Below are positions 62,140 through 64,000 of a stretch of DNA of 64,000 nucleotides, in pieces. The DNA is from Antechinus flavipes (Eukaryota), in contig NC_067401.1 of assembly GCF_016432865.1 (NCBI RefSeq), forward strand, positions 238,452,001 through 238,516,000, in the 5' to 3' direction. Position 1 is the first letter of the stretch; every line of letters begins with the position of its first letter. The notes beneath the pieces are model-generated. The model had not been told where the DNA came from and did no database searches. It saw only the letters and a program-made list of their open reading frames with translations. Made by a program: the position numbers and the translations under genes.

Positions 62140-63460
62140 TCATGATATATTTTAAAGTCGGTAACTAGGAGATTAAAAAATTACTTATATTAGAGATTCA
62201 AGGAGAGGTACAGAATACTTTTAGTAAGGAAACCAAAGAAGATTGAAAGAGAGAGAACATTTAAGTAGGGACCATAAGGAAAGTAAGGATTTGATCAAGT
62301 GAAAATGTAGAGACAGAATACACAAAGAGGTGAGGTGGGAAAGGGCACAAGGAATAGTCCAATTTGGCAAAAATATAGTTTATAAAAGGGAGTAAAATAT
62401 GATTAGTCTCAAAAGGTATTTGGAGCTAAATTGTGGAAGGTCTTGAATGCTAGGGTAGGAAATTTGGTTTTATCCCATAGGAATTGGGGAATCACAGAAA
62501 ATTTTAAATCTTGAGTTGGGTGGGATCTGTGCATCAGGGAAGATTACCTGGACAACATAAAGGATGGATTAGAGAAGAGATGGACTAGATAAAATGGTAT
62601 CTATTAGTAGCTATTAATAATTTGAGCTGGGTATTAAAAAGAAACTGGACTAGAGTAGTGATAGTAGGAATAGAAATTAGGGATTTGATGAGAAACCTAG
62701 TGGGAGAATCTGCAAACAATTGATTGAGGGCTAGGGAGGATAAGGAAGAAGAAGATTCAAAAGTGACTATACCCATCTTCTCTTTTCTCACATTGGTACC
62801 AATAGTTTGGGCCCTCATCTTCCCTTGCCTGTTATTGCTATGGCTTCCTAATTCTTCTGCCCATTTTAATTCTTTAAATTCCAAGCCATTTTTCACAGAG
62901 GTGGCAGTGAGTTTCCTAAATTATAGATCTGACTTTATTATTCCCCCTCCCATTTAATTAACTACACTGGCTCCCTAATTCCTCTAGAATGCAATAACAA
63001 GTATCTTGTTTACCATTTAAAGGTCTATATAATAGAATTCCCTCATATCCTACATTTCAATCCCCCTCTAAGCTTCTTTTGCTTACTTTTTCTTTTCTTT
63101 TTTTTTTTCTTCCCGGGTTATTTATACCTTCTGAATCCAATTCTCCCTATGCAACAAGAGAACTGTTCGGTTCTGCTTACTTTTTCTAAATGCTCTATAC
63201 TCCACATTTATAGGTATGCTTGCTTTTTCTCACATATGACAGTCCATCTCCCAACTTTGTGATTTTATTTTTTTCTGGACCCTATACCTCTAATGCTTTC
63301 CTTCTACATTTCTACTTTTTGGAATCCTTCCTTGCTTCCCCCACCCCCCCTGCAGATTCAGTTCTAGTGTAATCTTCTGCAAGAGGGCCTTCTTGGTGCT
63401 TTGAGAGCTTTGTCTTTCTATCCAAGGTTACTTTATATCTGCTTTGTATATATCTATAGT
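62140..63460. mobile_element. L2 fragments (purine-rich then pyrimidine-rich orientation)
   Basis: ttggagctaaattgtggaaggtcttgaatgc... and ttcctaaattatagatctgac...ctggctccctaatt. Confidence 0.6.
63085..63177 (+). mobile_element. Young L1 3'UTR internal fragment without tail
   Basis: ttcccgggttatttataccttctgaatccaattctccctatgcaacaagagaactgttcggttctgc with CpGs retained. Confidence 0.6.
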
Positions 63461-63463
63461 ATA

Positions 63464-64000
63464 TAGGCTTGTGTCAGAGATGTTATGGGTTTAGTTCCAG
63501 ATCACTGCAATGAAGCAAATATTGCAATAAAGTAACAATTTTTTCAGTTTCCCAGTATATATGAAAGTTATGGTTATACTATACTGTAGGTAGAATCTTA
63601 AGTGTGCAATATTATATCTAAAAAACAAAGTATATATCTTAATTTAAAAATTCTTTATTTTGAAAAATTCTAACCATCATGTGATTCTTTGCAAGTTAAG
63701 GTTTTTTGCTGGTGTATGGTTTTGCCTAGGTATTGATGGCTGCTGACTGATCAGTGTAGTGGTTGCTAAAGGTTGGGGTGGAGTAGTGATTTCCTGAAAT
63801 AAGATGGCAATGAAGTTTAACCATAAACTGACTTTTTCTTTCACTTGAATGTTTTGAAGTAATTGAAGAGTTTTAATGGGTCCATTTTCAATATTGTTTT
63901 GTCTCAAGCAATAGGGAGACACAAGGAAAGGGAGATTGGGGAACTGCCAGTCAGTGGAGCGGTCAGAACACATACAACATTTATCAATTAAATTTGCAGT
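63464..64000 (-). mobile_element. Internally deleted Tigger1 (Tigger1a_Mars-like) DNA transposon, runs off the window end
   Basis: TA, then taggcttgtgtcagagatgttatgggtttagttccagatcactgcaat matches the reverse Tigger1 3' TIR region; continues into the Tigger1 5' part after a deletion junction near 63830. Confidence 0.85.

Noticed and set aside
1-64000. CRISPR array, operon or other prokaryotic system
   Set aside because: The sequence is mammalian repeat-rich DNA with no long ORFs and no regularly spaced direct repeats.

Overview
AT-rich, CpG-poor, repeat-dense eukaryotic DNA. The repeat content (WSINE1, MAR1, MdoRep1-like and WALLSI-like SINEs, RTE LINEs, a 7SL-derived retroposon, marsupial-type L1 3' ends) points to a marsupial, probably a dasyurid such as Sarcophilus. 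This is inferred from remembered repeat consensus sequences, not from a database search. The window looks intronic or intergenic: I cannot confidently identify any protein-coding gene, tRNA, rRNA or CRISPR array, and the supplied ORFs are repeat read-throughs or chance ORFs. Most of the window is layered L1, L2, L3/CR1, RTE, CORE-SINEs and DNA-transposon remnants (Tigger1, MARNA-like mariner, MER63-like, hAT), plus microsatellites and a 132-N assembly gap (55799-55930). Repeat boundaries are hand-estimated, typically to within a few tens of bp. Structures not explained by repeats: (i) a diverged ~200-bp-arm inverted repeat at 46921-47634; (ii) a perfect 36-bp-stem hairpin at 16351-16456; (iii) a nearly repeat-free island at ~27.2-30.1 kb with a good CTCF motif; (iv) plus-strand exon-like segments (12062-12186, 22158-22237, 27315-27385, 29226 onward), of which the last three could splice in frame into a small signal-peptide-bearing ORF (speculative); (v) an unassigned ~490-bp insert in an L2 at 51171-51661.
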